A DNA stretch of 63,975 nt, filler included, from Octopus bimaculoides (taxonomy: Eukaryota), in the NCBI RefSeq assembly GCF_001194135.2. It is 5 parts of 3 records of this genome, joined end to end, with 100 filler letters (N's around TTAATTAATTAA, not from the genome) between each part and the next. Parts side by side here need not be neighbours in the genome. Positions count along the whole stretch, not along the records: positions 1 to 11,181 come from NC_068981.1; positions 11,282 to 21,653 come from NC_068984.1; 3 more parts are not named here. One strand, written 5' to 3'. Shown piece by piece: positions 1-13,870 of this stretch. A program made the translations under genes and the position numbers. Position 1 is the stretch's first letter; every line of letters begins with the position of its first letter. The notes below the pieces were generated by a model. The model saw only the letters and a list, made by a program, of their open reading frames with translations, was not told the origin of the DNA and did not search any database.

Positions 1-10
1 TATATATAAG

Positions 11-852
11 TAGCCGGACTGTTGCTATAGTAACGAAGCTAAAGCATACAGAGTAAAGCCGTTTGACAAAGATTGACCTTGATCTCTGCTGTGCATGCGC
101 ATTAAGTTTTAACGTTCTAGCTCACTTCTGCTGTTTACAGCAGTGCTTGGAAGGAAGGTGCGTAACGTGTGATCGTCGCATTGACCATGACAGAGAAAGT
201 TGTCAAGTCGATACCTGCTCAGAGGCCTATGCAAAGTTGCAGAAAGTGTATGGAGAGGGGCGTGTGAGCCGCACACAAGTGCACGAGTGGTTCAGGCATT
301 TCCAAGATGGCCGATAAAATGTCGACATTGATGAACGTTCTAGGAGACCCGTAACCAGCAGAACTAAGAAAAATACCGCAGATGTTCGTGCAACTGCGAG
401 AGGAAATCGTCGAATCCTCATCCGTAAGATATCAGAGGATGTGCAGATTATTTACAGTTCAGTCCATTACCACTGAAGATGATGAAGGTATGAGACGCGT
501 GTCTTCCGAGTTTTTGCCAAAATTGCTTTCAGCTGACCGAAAAGACATTCAGGTTTCAGTCGCACAAGATCTCCTTCATTGTGTCGAGAACGATGAAAAC
601 ATTTTGAAAACTTTGCATAGGCCTCTGAGAAGGTATCACCAAGCTTTTGGCAAAATTTGATGCAGATTCTCTACTCAAATTTCTCTTTCATGGTCAATGC
701 GATGATCACACTCTACACGCATTCCTTCCAAGCACTGTTGTAAACAGCCGAAATGAGCTAGAACGTTGAAACTTTGTGCACATGCACAGCAGAGTCCAAG
801 GTCAATTAACTCTGCGTGCTTTAGCTTCGTTACTATAGCAACAACCCGGCTA
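11..852 (+). mobile_element. Non-autonomous mariner with two 5' ends (arms 11-238 and 609-852 inverted)
   Basis: TA-bounded ends tagccggactgttgctatagtaacgaagctaaag / ctttagcttcgttactatagcaacaacccggcta. The interior decodes to a mariner N-terminus (EAYAKLQKVYGEGRVSRTQVHEWFRHFQDGR; MRRVSSEFLPKLLS). No catalytic domain is present. Confidence 0.85.
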
Positions 853-867
853 CACATAGGTTATGGA

Positions 868-878
868 TTATATATATA

Positions 879-952
<74 letters not shown>

Positions 953-1400
953 TAGATATATATATATATACATACATACATGTACATCTGTCTATCTACA
1001 CAGACTCACTCACACGCATACATACACATGTTATATATATATATATATTCTTATGCACACTCACACACATGTACGAATAACAACACAGACTAACCCACAT
1101 GCACGGACACTCATACACACAGACACCTATGTGTATTTTTGTGCTTTTGTCTTTGAATATGTATGTATGTTATACATGGAGACAAACGCGCAGTAACACA
1201 GGCTCAAACACAAAAATATATTACGTGTCTTATTTTGTAAATGCGTACGCATCATGATTAGAGTGTGCATATTTATATGCTTATATGTTTCTATATATGT
1301 AAATATGTATGTACGTACGTACGTATGTATGTATGTATGTATGTATGTATGCATGTATTTTCACACACGCTTATTTGTATACATATATTTGCATATGTAC
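868..1400. repeat. Compound (TA)n/(CA)n/(TGTA)n microsatellite field
   Basis: Read directly. It produces the YIYI/VCVC ORFs in the track. Confidence 0.95.
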
Positions 1401-1944
1401 ATACAAAATGTCTGTGTGTATGTGTCCAGGAAACTGTCGTCGAATGATACTAGTTCATTTCCGTTTGCAGTTGCTGTAAAAAAATTTAAAATTTTATTTA
1501 CATTACATTACACCTATCAGCTATTAACAGTAATGAAATTCAAGAAGCTAAGTAATTAATTAATATAACAGAAAGTACTACTGTGTCGTGAGATTAATAA
1601 TTATATCAATTACTAATTAATTTATTACTGATTAATTTATTGCTCAAATTTGTTGAATTCGTTAAAGTGATACGAAGTTATTATATCGACGGCTACACTC
1701 GTCTTGATATGTATGAAGCCTAAATATCATTAGTTTAGTAACAACAAACAAATACACTTACATCAAAGTGAAATTGAGAAAGCATGGTATTTCAGTTGCT
1801 CTCATTCAGTCAGAACAAATATACACACAACATCATTTCACATAATATACACTCACTCTGTTACACCTTCACTATATAGCTATGCGTACGCGCTTTATTT
1901 CCATACGTCCATACAGACATACAAATACATTCATACATACATAC

Positions 1945-2485
1945 ATATGTAAATATATAAAAGAAATAAAAAGATAAAGAGAGCAATGGTAAGGTTGGAG
2001 AAGTATTTTATGGATAAAGTCTTACAACTGTTTCTGGGAAGATCCAGTACTTCCTTTCATCGGACAGAAAAAATAAAGTAGTCTATTATTATATCCATAG
2101 GCGGATATTTTTAGTATGAAGTGGTAAAGAGTGTGATGTGCTGAAAAAAGAGAAAACAGAACTTGAAGTGTAGTTTTATTCCAGTAGTAAATATCCGTGT
2201 AGAAATCCGTGTAAAGTAATCCTTGTGGGGATAATCTAGATTACTTTACACGGATTTCTACACGGATATTTACTACTGGAATGAAACTACACTTCAAGTT
2301 CTGTTTTCTCTTTTTTCAGCACATCACACTCTTTACCACTTCATACTAAAAATATCCGCCTATGGATATAATAATAGACTACTTTATTTTTTCTGTCNNN
2401 NNNNNNNAAGACTCTATCCATAAAATACTTCTCCAACCTTACCATTGCTCTCTTTATCTTTTTATTTTTTTATATATTTACATAT
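1945..2485. repeat. Near-perfect palindrome, arms of about 277 bp with a 17-nt spacer (2222-2238)
   Basis: The arms are reverse complements with about 3 mismatches over the comparable bases. A 10-N gap (2398-2407) interrupts the right arm. Confidence 0.9.
2019..2067 (-). ncRNA. Hammerhead-ribozyme-like motif (degenerate type I)
   Basis: Minus strand: ctgt CCGATGA aaGGAAG tactggat CTTCC ca GAAAC agtt GTA agac. The core has U4 changed to C and stem I is weak. Confidence 0.5.
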
Positions 2486-2728
2486 ACACACGCTAATACA
2501 CGACTTATAATACCCAATCTTGTTCATACAACGACTGGGGCAAACTAGTCGGTATACAGCACTTACTCGGTATTACCTGTATCCTCTTGGGTTTGGTTAA
2601 ATCCAATACCCTCCTCAACCTTACATACATACATACATACATTCATTCATTCCTTCATTCATACGTACATATGTATATATATATATATATATATATGCAC
2701 AATTTTTCTGTATATGCACATATAATTG

Positions 2729-2777
<49 letters not shown>

Positions 2778-2945
2778 TTCGTTTTTGGATTTGGTTTTCA
2801 AGATTCTTTATGTGAGTTCGTGTGTTGAAGCATATTCTGTTGTGTCTGGGGAGAGTCATTTTCTGTTTGTGCTTTATAATTTAACACAGTCACCGGTAAA
2901 ATTTCCACTTATTCCCTATTTTTATTTTCCTAAAATTTTCGTTGC

Positions 2946-2993
2946 GTCTTACAACCTTTTCAATAGTCTTGACTATTGAAAAGGTTGCAAGAC
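2946..2993. repeat. Hairpin with 23-bp arms and a 2-nt loop
   Basis: gtcttacaaccttttcaatagtc tt gactattgaaaaggttgcaagac, one mismatch. Confidence 0.9.
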
Positions 2994-3790
2994 CTTATAT
3001 GTATATAAGCAGGCTTTGTTTTAGCATTTCTCCTAAATCACTCTTCTTATCAGTATTTTCCCCTGTTATTATGCACTGTAAGTTAAGTTATTTGTAAATT
3101 AAATAAGATATATTTAAAAAAATATTTTTAAAAAATCACAATTCTAAAACAAATACTGAAATTTATGAGTTATAATTTACGAAATCATAAAGAATGCATC
3201 ATCATTCCCCGAAATTATCTTATACCTGAGCAATTAAAATATTTGGATATAAAAGACGACAATATGAAATATTATTACCACGTCAAATTTCACATTAAGG
3301 AAGTCATAAATCTGAAAATCCCGAGAGTAATTTAACGAAGTTTGCCAAATTCCATGAATTTACACCAAATTTGGCAAATAGAGCCAAATTTGGTAAAGAA
3401 CTCTCGGCTTTAGCATCTTTTGTGAGTATCGAAATGAGTATGGTTTTCTAAAATAAAACCATGGTGGGGATTTGATTTACCTTCGACGATCTGAAACCGA
3501 AAAAAAAAATCAAGGCTGCATCCATTTTGAATCTGTTTATAAAGAAGAAGGAGGAAGAGGAGAAATAGATAATGTGAAAGGAAAATGATGTGAAGTGACC
3601 AGATAAATAAGTTAATATTAGAGGAGGGGATTAGTGAGCGAGAGAAGATGTCAACTCGAAAGGGAAGAGTATAGTAAAAGAATGTAAAGTAGTCAATCAC
3701 TTTGAAGTGAAAAGTTATTTGGGGAGGAACTGCTTTGAGGGAACAACTGTTTCAATACGTCAAAGGGAAACAACAATAAATATTCCAGTG

Positions 3791-4082
<292 letters not shown>

Positions 4083-4399
4083 GGTTTTATTACCCCCATG
4101 GCATGCAAATTTTCTAAACATATATGCAGCATTATAATCACAAATGCTGCTAGAGTTCGAACTTGAAAGGTACCTATATGTTGGCGGTACTCGAAAATTC
4201 AATGAAAATTGATTATGTTTGCATTATTTTCCGTGTTTATTGTTTTTAGATTTTAAGTACACCAATAGGGAGTTGTTCTCCTCTAATGCCATATACACAA
4301 TCCTAGTCAATCGAAGTTTTCAACGTATATTACATGTATAGTTAATCATAAATGTGATCTGAATACCAGTTAGCTGAGATTATTAGTTTCACAAAAGTA

Positions 4400-4610
4400 T
4401 GAGCTGGCAGAGTCGTTTGCTCGTTGGACAAAATGCTTAACAGCGTTTCTTCCGGCTCTTTATTTTCTATGTTCAGGTTCCATTGAAGTCGACTTAGCTT
4501 CATGGTTGATAAAATATTCATTAGTTAAGCTTTTAGGTCGATGTAATTGGCTTACCCACCTCCCTTCAAAACTGCTGACTTGTACCAAAATAAGAAAGAA
4601 TTATTACAGT
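4400..4610 (+). mobile_element. Degenerate tRNA-headed SINE
   Basis: gagctggcagagtcgtt head and gtcgac...ggtcgatgtaattggcttaccc body, similar to other copies at 47.4-48.9 kb. Confidence 0.5.
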
Positions 4611-5154
4611 GTTCACAATAACAGCTTGTTACAAAAACACAGAGGCAATAGTTGAAAGAGAAACGTACTCTGAATTGGAAATTGAATTCTCTACATTTCT
4701 GGATCTTATTTAATCATCCGTCAGGATTTGAGCATGGAACCTGGAGGGAAGAAACTTAACTTGTTTTCATAGGTTAATTAGAGAGCAAGGAAGAGTATCA
4801 GGGACTATACTGATGCGGGCCTTCAAAGAGTTGTGGAATCAATATAGTTAATGTTTATTAAGAGTATGTCTGGATGAAAAATAAGCGCACGAAGAAAATT
4901 TTCAAAGGGTTGAAGCGTTATGTAGAACGGATCGGGAAAATTTTTAACTCAGAAGTTTGAAGTGAGAGACTAAGAATGACTAAAGAAAGAGACAGATATG
5001 CGATACGGATCTGGGTGGTCGGGGTAAATGACTAGGAGGTTTAAACAGAAAGAAAAGCCATTTTGGTAGAAGAAAAGAAGTAAAGAAAGAAAAAGCAACA
5101 CGTTTGTGAATCAGTGATGGAAACGCTCTGATGAGAGAGTATTTATTTGTCAAT

Positions 5155-5270
<116 letters not shown>

Positions 5271-5276
5271 CTTAAC

Positions 5277-5540
5277 GCAAGGGTCTCAACAAGGGTTCAT
5301 ATGACGATTGGGTGGGGTGGGGGTCCCTATAAAATTTTATTGTTAAAATTAATGTGCAATAAATTGGTCGTACTTCTATAGCACACAAAATATTTTAACT
5401 ATTTCTTTTATACAATTCCTAATAATGTTTAATTATAAAAATATAATAGGATTTTTTTAAACATTGAGTGGTTAAATGGTTCCTTTCTAGTAAAATAGGG
5501 ATCAAAGGGGTCTGTACGTAAAAATGGTTGAGAACAACTG
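5277..5540. mobile_element. Probable hAT-type MITE remnant
   Basis: The ends caagggtctcaac / gttgagaacaactg resemble degenerate CAGTGGTTCTCAAC terminal inverted repeats. Confidence 0.35.
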
Positions 5541-6165
5541 TTGTAAGATGTTAAAACTCACGTGCGCGCGCAAATAATGACAAACAGACACACACACACA
5601 TGCACACGCAAACACACACAGATAAATAGGAACGTAGTTAGATTGATAGATATATAAATATATGTATGAAAAATATAACCGTTAACCACAGTTGAATACG
5701 AGGTAATACCAGGAAGGACCATGCGTTCGCAAATGGTTTTAGGTGCTCATATAGTCGTGAGCAAACACAGAAAACCTTCATACTCCTCTCACTAAGGACT
5801 AAGAAGGACATCCAGGAAGTGGCAGCAAATCGGGAACAAAGGACTGGTTTTACGCTTAGAACTTATATATATATTAACTCCGACCTAATGGAAGGCAAAA
5901 TTTACTGTGTCAGGATTTGAATGTAGGGCACAGAAATAAATAACTCTGACAATTCTGCAAATAGCCTGCTAATATATAGTATAATATATCAGGCCATTAA
6001 GAATGAAATGTCCAACTTTCTTATGCACCAAGTTTGACAATTGTTAACTGTTTTATGCTGATAATTCTTTGTTTTACAATATTGAAAATTTTACATCATC
6101 ATTTTCCGAAATGCAATTCATGGTGTCTGATTATATTGTGAGTTTTCTCTTGGAAATCAATTTTT

Positions 6166-6666
6166 GTGAACACATGGATAGATAAAAAATTCGTGTTGTT
6201 CATGAATATGAGTTTCGTCATGGAACGAATGCACCCCAGTGAGGTTTTTAGTGAAGATGTGGCGAATGAGCACACTGCATGTCGATGGTTTGAGAAGTTC
6301 CGGTCTGGTGACTTTACTCTTGAAAATCAGCCCCGTGGTAGACCTGAGACGAAGGTGGATGATAATGAGCTGGTAACTGTAGTGGAAGCGGAAACATCTT
6401 AAACTACGCGTGAGTTAGCAGCAAGGTTTGATGTTTCGATCCCATCTGTATAGGACCATCTGAAACAAATCAGTATGGTAAAGAAGCTGGACAAGTGGGT
6501 GCCACACGAACTGAACGAGCATCAAATGACACATCGTTTTGAAACTTGCTGTCCTTTGCTGTCACGGCATAAAAGTTACTCTCCAGAATTCTTCGCTGCC
6601 GGCATAAATAAGCTAGCGATAAAATGGCAAAATTGTGTTGATAATTTAGGTGTATACTTTGAATGA
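6166..6666 (+). pseudogene. Mariner transposase remnant with the catalytic domain deleted
   Basis: RWFEKFRSGDFTLENQPRGRP and KKLDKWVPHEL are joined directly to the C-terminal FFAAGINKLAIKWQNCVDNLGVYFE. Confidence 0.9.
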
Positions 6667-8017
6667 CTGTATTGTTTTTTGTTGAGATAAAGTGAAATAA
6701 ACTTCCAGTTGGCATATATATATATATANNNNNNNNNNNNNNNNNNNNNNNNNNNNNNNNNNNNNNNNNNNNNNNNNNNNNNNNNNNNNNNNNNNNNNNN
6801 NNNNNNNNNNNNNNNNNNNNNNNNNNNNNNNNNNNNNNNNNNNNNNNNNNNNNNNNNNNNNNNNNNNNNNNNNNNNNNNNNNNNNNNNNNNNNNNNNNNN
6901 NNNNNNNNNNNNNNNNNNNNNNNNNNNNNNNNNNNNNNNNNNNNNNNNNNNNNNNNNNNNNNNNNNNNNNNNNNNNNNNNNNNNNNNNNNNNNNNNNNNN
7001 NNNNNNNNNNNNNNNNNNNNNNNNNNNNNNNNNNNNNNNNNNNNNNNNNNNNNNNNNNNNNNNNNNNNNNNNNNNNNNNNNNNNNNNNNNNNNNTATATA
7101 TATATAAACAATATATGAGTATATGCATATATATGTACATGTATGTACATACCTTCATCTACATGTACATATAGATACATAACTGGGTACATGACGTGGC
7201 AAAAGAACACACACACGCATACGATGTTTCATTTTGCTTTCATTAAATTATATTTTAATCTTTCTACTTTCTGTCTGTCTGTCTCCTCTCTTCTCTTTCC
7301 TCCCTCTCTCTGTTTCTCTGTTATTATCACCGCTCATTGTCTCCTTCACACGATTGCTTCTCAAGTTTTCTATCTTTATTATACATTTCCCTTTTTTTCT
7401 CTCAATCAAATTCCTCTTCTACCTGTGCTCCACTGTGCTCCACTGTGCTCCACTGTGCTCCTGCCTACGAAATTTCACTTCCTCTCTTTGTATCGTTACC
7501 CGTCTGTATCTTACATTTACTCTCCGTCCTTCTGTTAATTTATTACATTAAATATCTAATTACCCGTCTCTGTTGTAATGTTCTATCGTTTTTTTTCCCA
7601 CCGTCCTCTTTTACATGCGTTATCTCTTCCTCTCTCAGTATTTCCTTGCGTCCGTATCTCTCCCTGGTTGCTCGCTTATCGCTGTTAAATGAATGCTGAC
7701 TATCCCGCTCGCTTTCCATCAATCTTAACTGGACATAACATTTAACGCTTTCTATAATTAGATACGTATTTACAAATATTAAATATATTCATTTGTGGAT
7801 TGGATATTATTTTTCATATAACGTGTATTGGTTAATAATCTTAATCTTAGCTATTAATATATATTACACATACACCTCGTACACAGATATGCTTAGCAAA
7901 GTACATATGCTCACGCATATCAACACATGTACCACACGTGTACACATGCATACATACATATATGTATATGTATGTGTGTTTAAATGGTTAAAAACATACA
8001 TACAGGCATACACAGAC

Positions 8018-8071
<54 letters not shown>

Positions 8072-8083
8072 ATATGCATATTC

Positions 8084-8245
8084 TTTATTGTTAAAGCTGC
8101 AAAAACATCATAAAAAAATCACAAGAAACTGCTACTCAGAGTTTCACGCTGCCGTTCGTCGTTTTTGCAGCTTTAATAATAAAGCATATTACTCTACCTC
8201 CGGTGTTCGAGTACTATTTTTTCGCCACCTTGTTTCATATCTATG
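8084..8245. mobile_element. Penelope-like terminal remnant with a 23-bp inverted repeat and a truncated hammerhead motif
   Basis: Arms at 8084-8106 and 8161-8183. Minus strand 8129-8160 reads gacga ACG gcag CGT GAAAC tctga GTA gcag. Confidence 0.5.
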
Positions 8246-9150
8246 TGCTTCCTAAGNNNNNNNNNNNNNNNNNNNNNNNNNNNNNNNNNNNNNNNNNNNN
8301 NNNNNNNNNNNNNNNNNNNNNNNNNNNNNNNNNNNNNNNNNNNNNNNNNNNNNNNNNNNNNNNNNNNNNNNNNNNNNNNNNNNNNNNNNNNNNNNNNNNN
8401 NNNNNNNNNNNNNNNNNNNNNNNNNNNNNNNNNNNNNNNNNNNNNNNNNNNNNNNNNNNNNNNNNNNNNNNNNNNNNNNNNNNNNNNNNNNNNNNNNNNN
8501 NNNNNNNNNNNNNNNNNNNNNNNNNNNNNNNNNNNNNNNNNNNNNNNNNNNNNNNNNNNNNNNNNNNNNNNNNNNNNNNNNNNNNNNNNNNNNNNNNNNN
8601 NNNNNNNNNNNNNNNNNNNNNNNNNNNNNNNNNNNNNNNNNNNNNNNNNNNNNNNNNNNNNNNNNNNNNNNNNNNNNNNNNNNNNNNNNNNNNNNNNNNN
8701 NNNNNNNNNNNNNNNNNNNNNNNNNNNNNNNNNNNNNNNNNNNNNNNNNNNNNNNNNNNNNNNNNNNNNNNNNNNNNNNNNNNNNNNNNNNNNNNNNNNN
8801 NNNNNNNNNNNNNNNNNNNNNNNNNNNNNNNNNNNNNNNNNNNNNNNNNNNNNNNNNNNNNNNNNNNNNNNNNNNNNNNNNNNNNNNNNNNNNNNNNNNN
8901 NNNNNNNNNNNNNNNNNNNNNNNNNNNNNNNNNNNNNNNNNNNNNNNNNNNNNNNNNNNNNNNNNNNNNNNNNNNNNNNNNNNNNNNNNNNNNNNNNNNN
9001 NNNNNNNNNNNNNNNNNNNNNNNNNNNNNNNNNNNNNNNNNNNNNNNNNNNNNNNNNNNNNNNNNNNNNNNNNNNNNNNNNNNNNNNNNNNNNNNNNNNN
9101 NNNNNNNNNNNNNNNNNNNNNNNNNNNNNNNNNNNNNNNNNNNNNNNNNA

Positions 9151-10095
9151 TATAGGCTACGGTGAATAAACTGTCGTGTAAATTACGCAAAAATAGAAAT
9201 AATACTGACATAATTTTAACAGATATATTCACCAAAATTACATAAAAATATATTGAAATACTAAAGAGTAAATTTATTCAATAAAATCGCCGTTAGCTTC
9301 CACCACGGCCTCCAGACTACCTCGGAATTTCCTGCAACTCTTCTGAACGGTCTCCTTGTTTAAGTTGGCGAACGCTGCCATAATCCTTACATTCAGTTCA
9401 TCTTTGGTGTTACAAGGAGTTTTGTTGGTCTCTCGCTCAACTGCGCCCCACACACAATAATAATCAATGGGGTTTCAGTTTTGGCAGTTAGGTGGCCAGA
9501 TATTAGGGTTGATGTGGTCGCAGAAATTGTCTGACGACCACGACTGGGTACTCCTGCTTGTGTGGCATGGTGCAGAGTCCCGATGCCAGATGTAGTGTCT
9601 TCCAGCAGCCAGATGTAGTGTCTGCCAGCAGCCAGATGTAGTGTCTTCTAGCAGCCAGATGTAGTGTCTTCCAGCAGCCAACCTCTTGACTCAGGGCAAC
9701 ACTACCTCCTCCAGGCACTTGATGTAGGTCTCCGTGTTGAGTCTGAGACTGTGTGGGAAGATGAATGGAGGCATAACATCGACATCACTAGTGATCACTC
9801 AAACACTATGATGCTGACTAGACGTTTGAGTTTGATCACTCTCGGTACATCTCCTCAGATTGCATTGTCCTCAGATTGACACCCATACATTTTGAAATGT
9901 TTGTATTGGAGCTTCCGGCAGTACAGCATGTCATTTCTAAATTTCCGGCAGAGTGAGCTGCGTCATGGTACTGTTTTTCTCACAGACGGTGCCCAACTGA
10001 CCTTACTATACTGTGTAGTCGATGAAATCAAAAACAAGTAATGCGCATGTGTGAAATTAAACATATAAAATGGCGACAACTTTACCTATCGCACC

Positions 10096-10098
<3 letters not shown>
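9151..10098 (-). mobile_element. Internally deleted maT-like Tc1/mariner element
   Basis: Decodes to AGRHYIW..DSAPCHTSRSTQSWSSDNFCDHINPNIWPPN. TIR-like ends ggtgaataaactgtcg / cgacaactttacc. Contains 4 x 23-bp internal tandem repeats at 9586-9677. Confidence 0.85.
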
Positions 10099-10194
<96 letters not shown>

Positions 10195-10286
10195 GCACAC
10201 ACAAAGGTGGTAAACATTAGGACATCATTTTATGTGTTTGCTTTCATGTATTTGTGAATAAATCCTATGTGTATATGGTTTGTTAG

Positions 10287-10329
<43 letters not shown>

Positions 10330-10646
10330 GCATTTGTCCAAATGTATGTCGTCTTGGACAAGTACATCTACCTAAACATCTAGTGGAATCACACCCTATG
10401 AGTGAAATTTAGTAGTTGGAACATCTTGCAAAACCCTCACACAGATTATATGTGTAGTTCAGAGAAACAAACTCGTTACACATGAATTGGCTTTGATTCT
10501 ATCAGAGGATTACATTAAATTGTACAATCATCTGAGGAATACTCGGTAACTTATGCAGTAATACATCGAGTTGTCAGTTCTGAAAGAGACGCAAAATACT
10601 TATACTTTTATGCAGACTAGGACGAACGCTTGCAAGTGTTTTACAA

Positions 10647-10728
<82 letters not shown>

Positions 10729-11181
10729 TTAATGAATCGTGTATAAATGAATTATGATGACTGGATGAACACATGCACGTGAATATGGTATCGGATGTAT
10801 TATATACGCCTGAAAATGTGTGCCGTTCACACGTAAACACGCAAAAGAAAAAATAAAAAGAAAAGAATGTATGTGTAGCAGGGCATATAATCAGAACATA
10901 AAACGATATTGAGTTGAAGCTGCACAATCAGTGATGGGAAAAATAACGTACATGTCTGTTGCTATTAAAATAGAGAAGGGGTGTGTGGTTAAATAGCTCG
11001 TTCTACAGTCACAGAGATTCGGGTTCAGCCCACTGGCTACTTTAGCCATATATGTGAATTCGATGGACGGAAACTGGGAAGCCCGTCCTATACCTACATA
11101 CATGCATTCGTACATACATTCGAACATACATACATACATACATGCATACATACATGCATACATATGTGTGTGTATATATAT

Positions 11182-11281
11182 NNNNNNNNNNNNNNNNNNN
11201 NNNNNNNNNNNNNNNNNNNNNNNNNTTAATTAATTAANNNNNNNNNNNNNNNNNNNNNNNNNNNNNNNNNNNNNNNNNNNN
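11182..11281. other. Artificial scaffold linker N44-TTAATTAATTAA-N44
   Basis: Exactly 44 N + 12-mer + 44 N = 100 bp. Identical constructs occur at 21654-21753, 36941-37040 and 56048-56147. Confidence 0.95.
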
Positions 11282-11350
<69 letters not shown>

Positions 11351-11359
11351 CACATACAC

Positions 11360-11397
<38 letters not shown>

Positions 11398-13870
11398 GCG
11401 TAAATGTAATAAGAAGCAAGTTAGGCAAATCGATTTATACAGTATATTAAATACATTTAATAGAAACAAATGTGTATGGATATAAAATAATCAGACTTAC
11501 AGAATATAAAAATATATCAGGAGTTAAATGGGTAAAGTTTTACGAGGTCAATACTGATTTTGAATTTATAGTTATAATCATAGAATTATTCATTTCAAGT
11601 AAAATTTCCTAAGAGCTAAAACACAGATTTTAAACATGATACGTATGTTCGAATTTATGCTATTTATTAAACCGAAATATTTCCCTTTTTTTTCTGTATT
11701 CTTCGTCCTGGAAAATATGTCTGCAAAATTCTGTTTTTAAGGTATCGGTCGTCAGAGCTTTGATAACTGTCTTGGAGAATAAAGCTGAGTAAGACTAGAA
11801 TTTATATACGTTTTTGGCAATTTTAGAATTTCAGTTTCTTTTTCTATATTTACGTTTATATAAATTACCGTTTTGTAGTGATTGTGTTCGTAGGGACCCC
11901 TGTGCATTGCTAGGACAGCCCTGCATGTATCATTATATTTTTATTTTGCAACTTTCAACACTATCATTTCTTAGGGAAATTCCACTGTTACTTTGAAAAT
12001 TATAAGATTGGTTGACCCTTTTGTTTAGAATCCCAGTTTCACTTTTGTCAATCAATGTTACATCCTCCGAGACACTGGTCTGAATCAATTTGGAAGCGGG
12101 AATCGTTTTGTTGGTGAGAGGAGTCTCTTACAGTGAAGATGTCTTGGTATGAAGGGTTAATTTTGGAGATCCTTTGGTTTAGGAACATACAAAATGAAAC
12201 GGCATTGAAATTGAAACCAACAATAATAGGAATTGCACAAAAAAATTACTTGGCTATTCTGATTTATAATAAATGTCTCGTTTTCTCCGATGTTACCTTA
12301 ATAAGTTAACAAAATGATGCTGTTGAAAAATAAAAAGAGAAATCAATAACGTACTTTTATGCATTAACTTATTATTTCGGATAAGGATAGCCAACTTATT
12401 TTTGTACATTCCTCATTGTTGTTGGTTTCATTTTCGTTGAGATTTTATTCATATGTCTCTAAAGTGAAAGTTCGCCTTAATTGTTCAGATTTTCTTTTTC
12501 TGTTTTCAATTGTTTGCAGTTAATATTTTTTGATGTATTAGAATTTGTTGTTCATTTTTTGAAAATATTTAAAATTGTTTCTATCGTTAATTTTTTCGAG
12601 GTACAACAATTTGTTGGTATTGTTATTTTCATGTTGATTAATATTAAATATAAATTTGGCTGATGTTGTTTACCATACCGTTTCCACTTCCGCCAAAATA
12701 TTTTCACTGATGACAGTGATTTAGTACTTGTCACTGTTGCTGAAGCTATTCTGCAGCTTTAGCGTTCATTTTCGCTGATTTTTATCATTCAGGTTGTTTA
12801 TGACCACCAATTTTCAGCTATCTCTACCGATCATTAGTTGTTATTTCAGTGAACGTCTACTACCATAAGTTCACGGCTGTAAATAGATGAATGTAGATAA
12901 AAATCGGAAAAAATGTCAAAATAGAGAAAATAAACTCAAGGGTCATCACTAACAACAGCACATCTTAACTGCAATCCAAAATACTTTCTTCCGTCGCAAA
13001 ACGGTTTGGGTAGTTACATCTGCAGACGCCAATTTGTTAAACAAAAGTGAAAGTAGAGTTACAAGCTCAAATATCACCATAAGATTGCTTGAAGTCGAGG
13101 GATATCGATGAAATAGGTAATTTCTCTGCAAGCTATTATTTTTGTCTAAAGCATTTTTTTACATAATTTCGAAGAAAAGTAATTTTTTAGAAATGATTTC
13201 CTTAATCTGTAATCCTTGATTTGCTATTAAATGCTCGAACTCTTTTCTATTAACATTTGTTTAACTTTGACAGCAGGCCTACTTTTTCTGCCCCAGACGT
13301 AGGAGTAATAGAGGTACGCTTAAACTGCCTGGCTTAATATGCATATGACAGAGTTAAACGAAATGAGTCTACGTGGCTGTTATCAGTTCCTGTTTCCTTT
13401 TCTTGCTTTTTTGGGGGTGGGTGGGATGGCTTAGATTATTTTCCCTTTGCTTCTATTCAGATTATATTCACTCACAGAATATCCAGTATGCTATAGACAT
13501 TCAGTTATTTTCCAAAAATAGAAGTGAAACAAATGTTGCTATATTGGTAAAGACACGCCTTACAGTTTTTTTTTTTGTTTTGTTTTTTTTTGCTTCGAAA
13601 AAGGAAAGTTTCGTAATTAAAGACGAGGAATCAGTGCCAGAACCAGCCGCATTCACAAGTACATCTGCAGCAAATAGGAGTAATGTGTTGACTAAAAATA
13701 TTTAAGATGAACAATTGCTGCAGCTTACTGACAGGATAATGAAGCACTATCATAGGGTCTAGACCAAGCCATGTGGTTTTCTGCAAGAGAAAAGTATGTG
13801 TTCACTTTGAGGGTCAAAATAAGTGATGCCTGCGACTCCTACCCAGATTCTCGACACCATTATCAATCAA

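Noticed and set aside
9586-9680. CRISPR-like regularly repeated 23-mers
   Set aside because: The repeats are contiguous with no spacers, lie inside a transposase remnant, and there are no cas genes.
12011-12159. Small piggyBac MITE (ttgaccctttt ... gaagggttaa)
   Set aside because: The left end lacks TTAA and the inverted repeat is too short to support the call.
12380-12866. Coding-like minus-strand stretch after a strong acceptor at about 12866
   Set aside because: All three frames stop within ten codons, later frames have several stops, and no family motif is recognisable.
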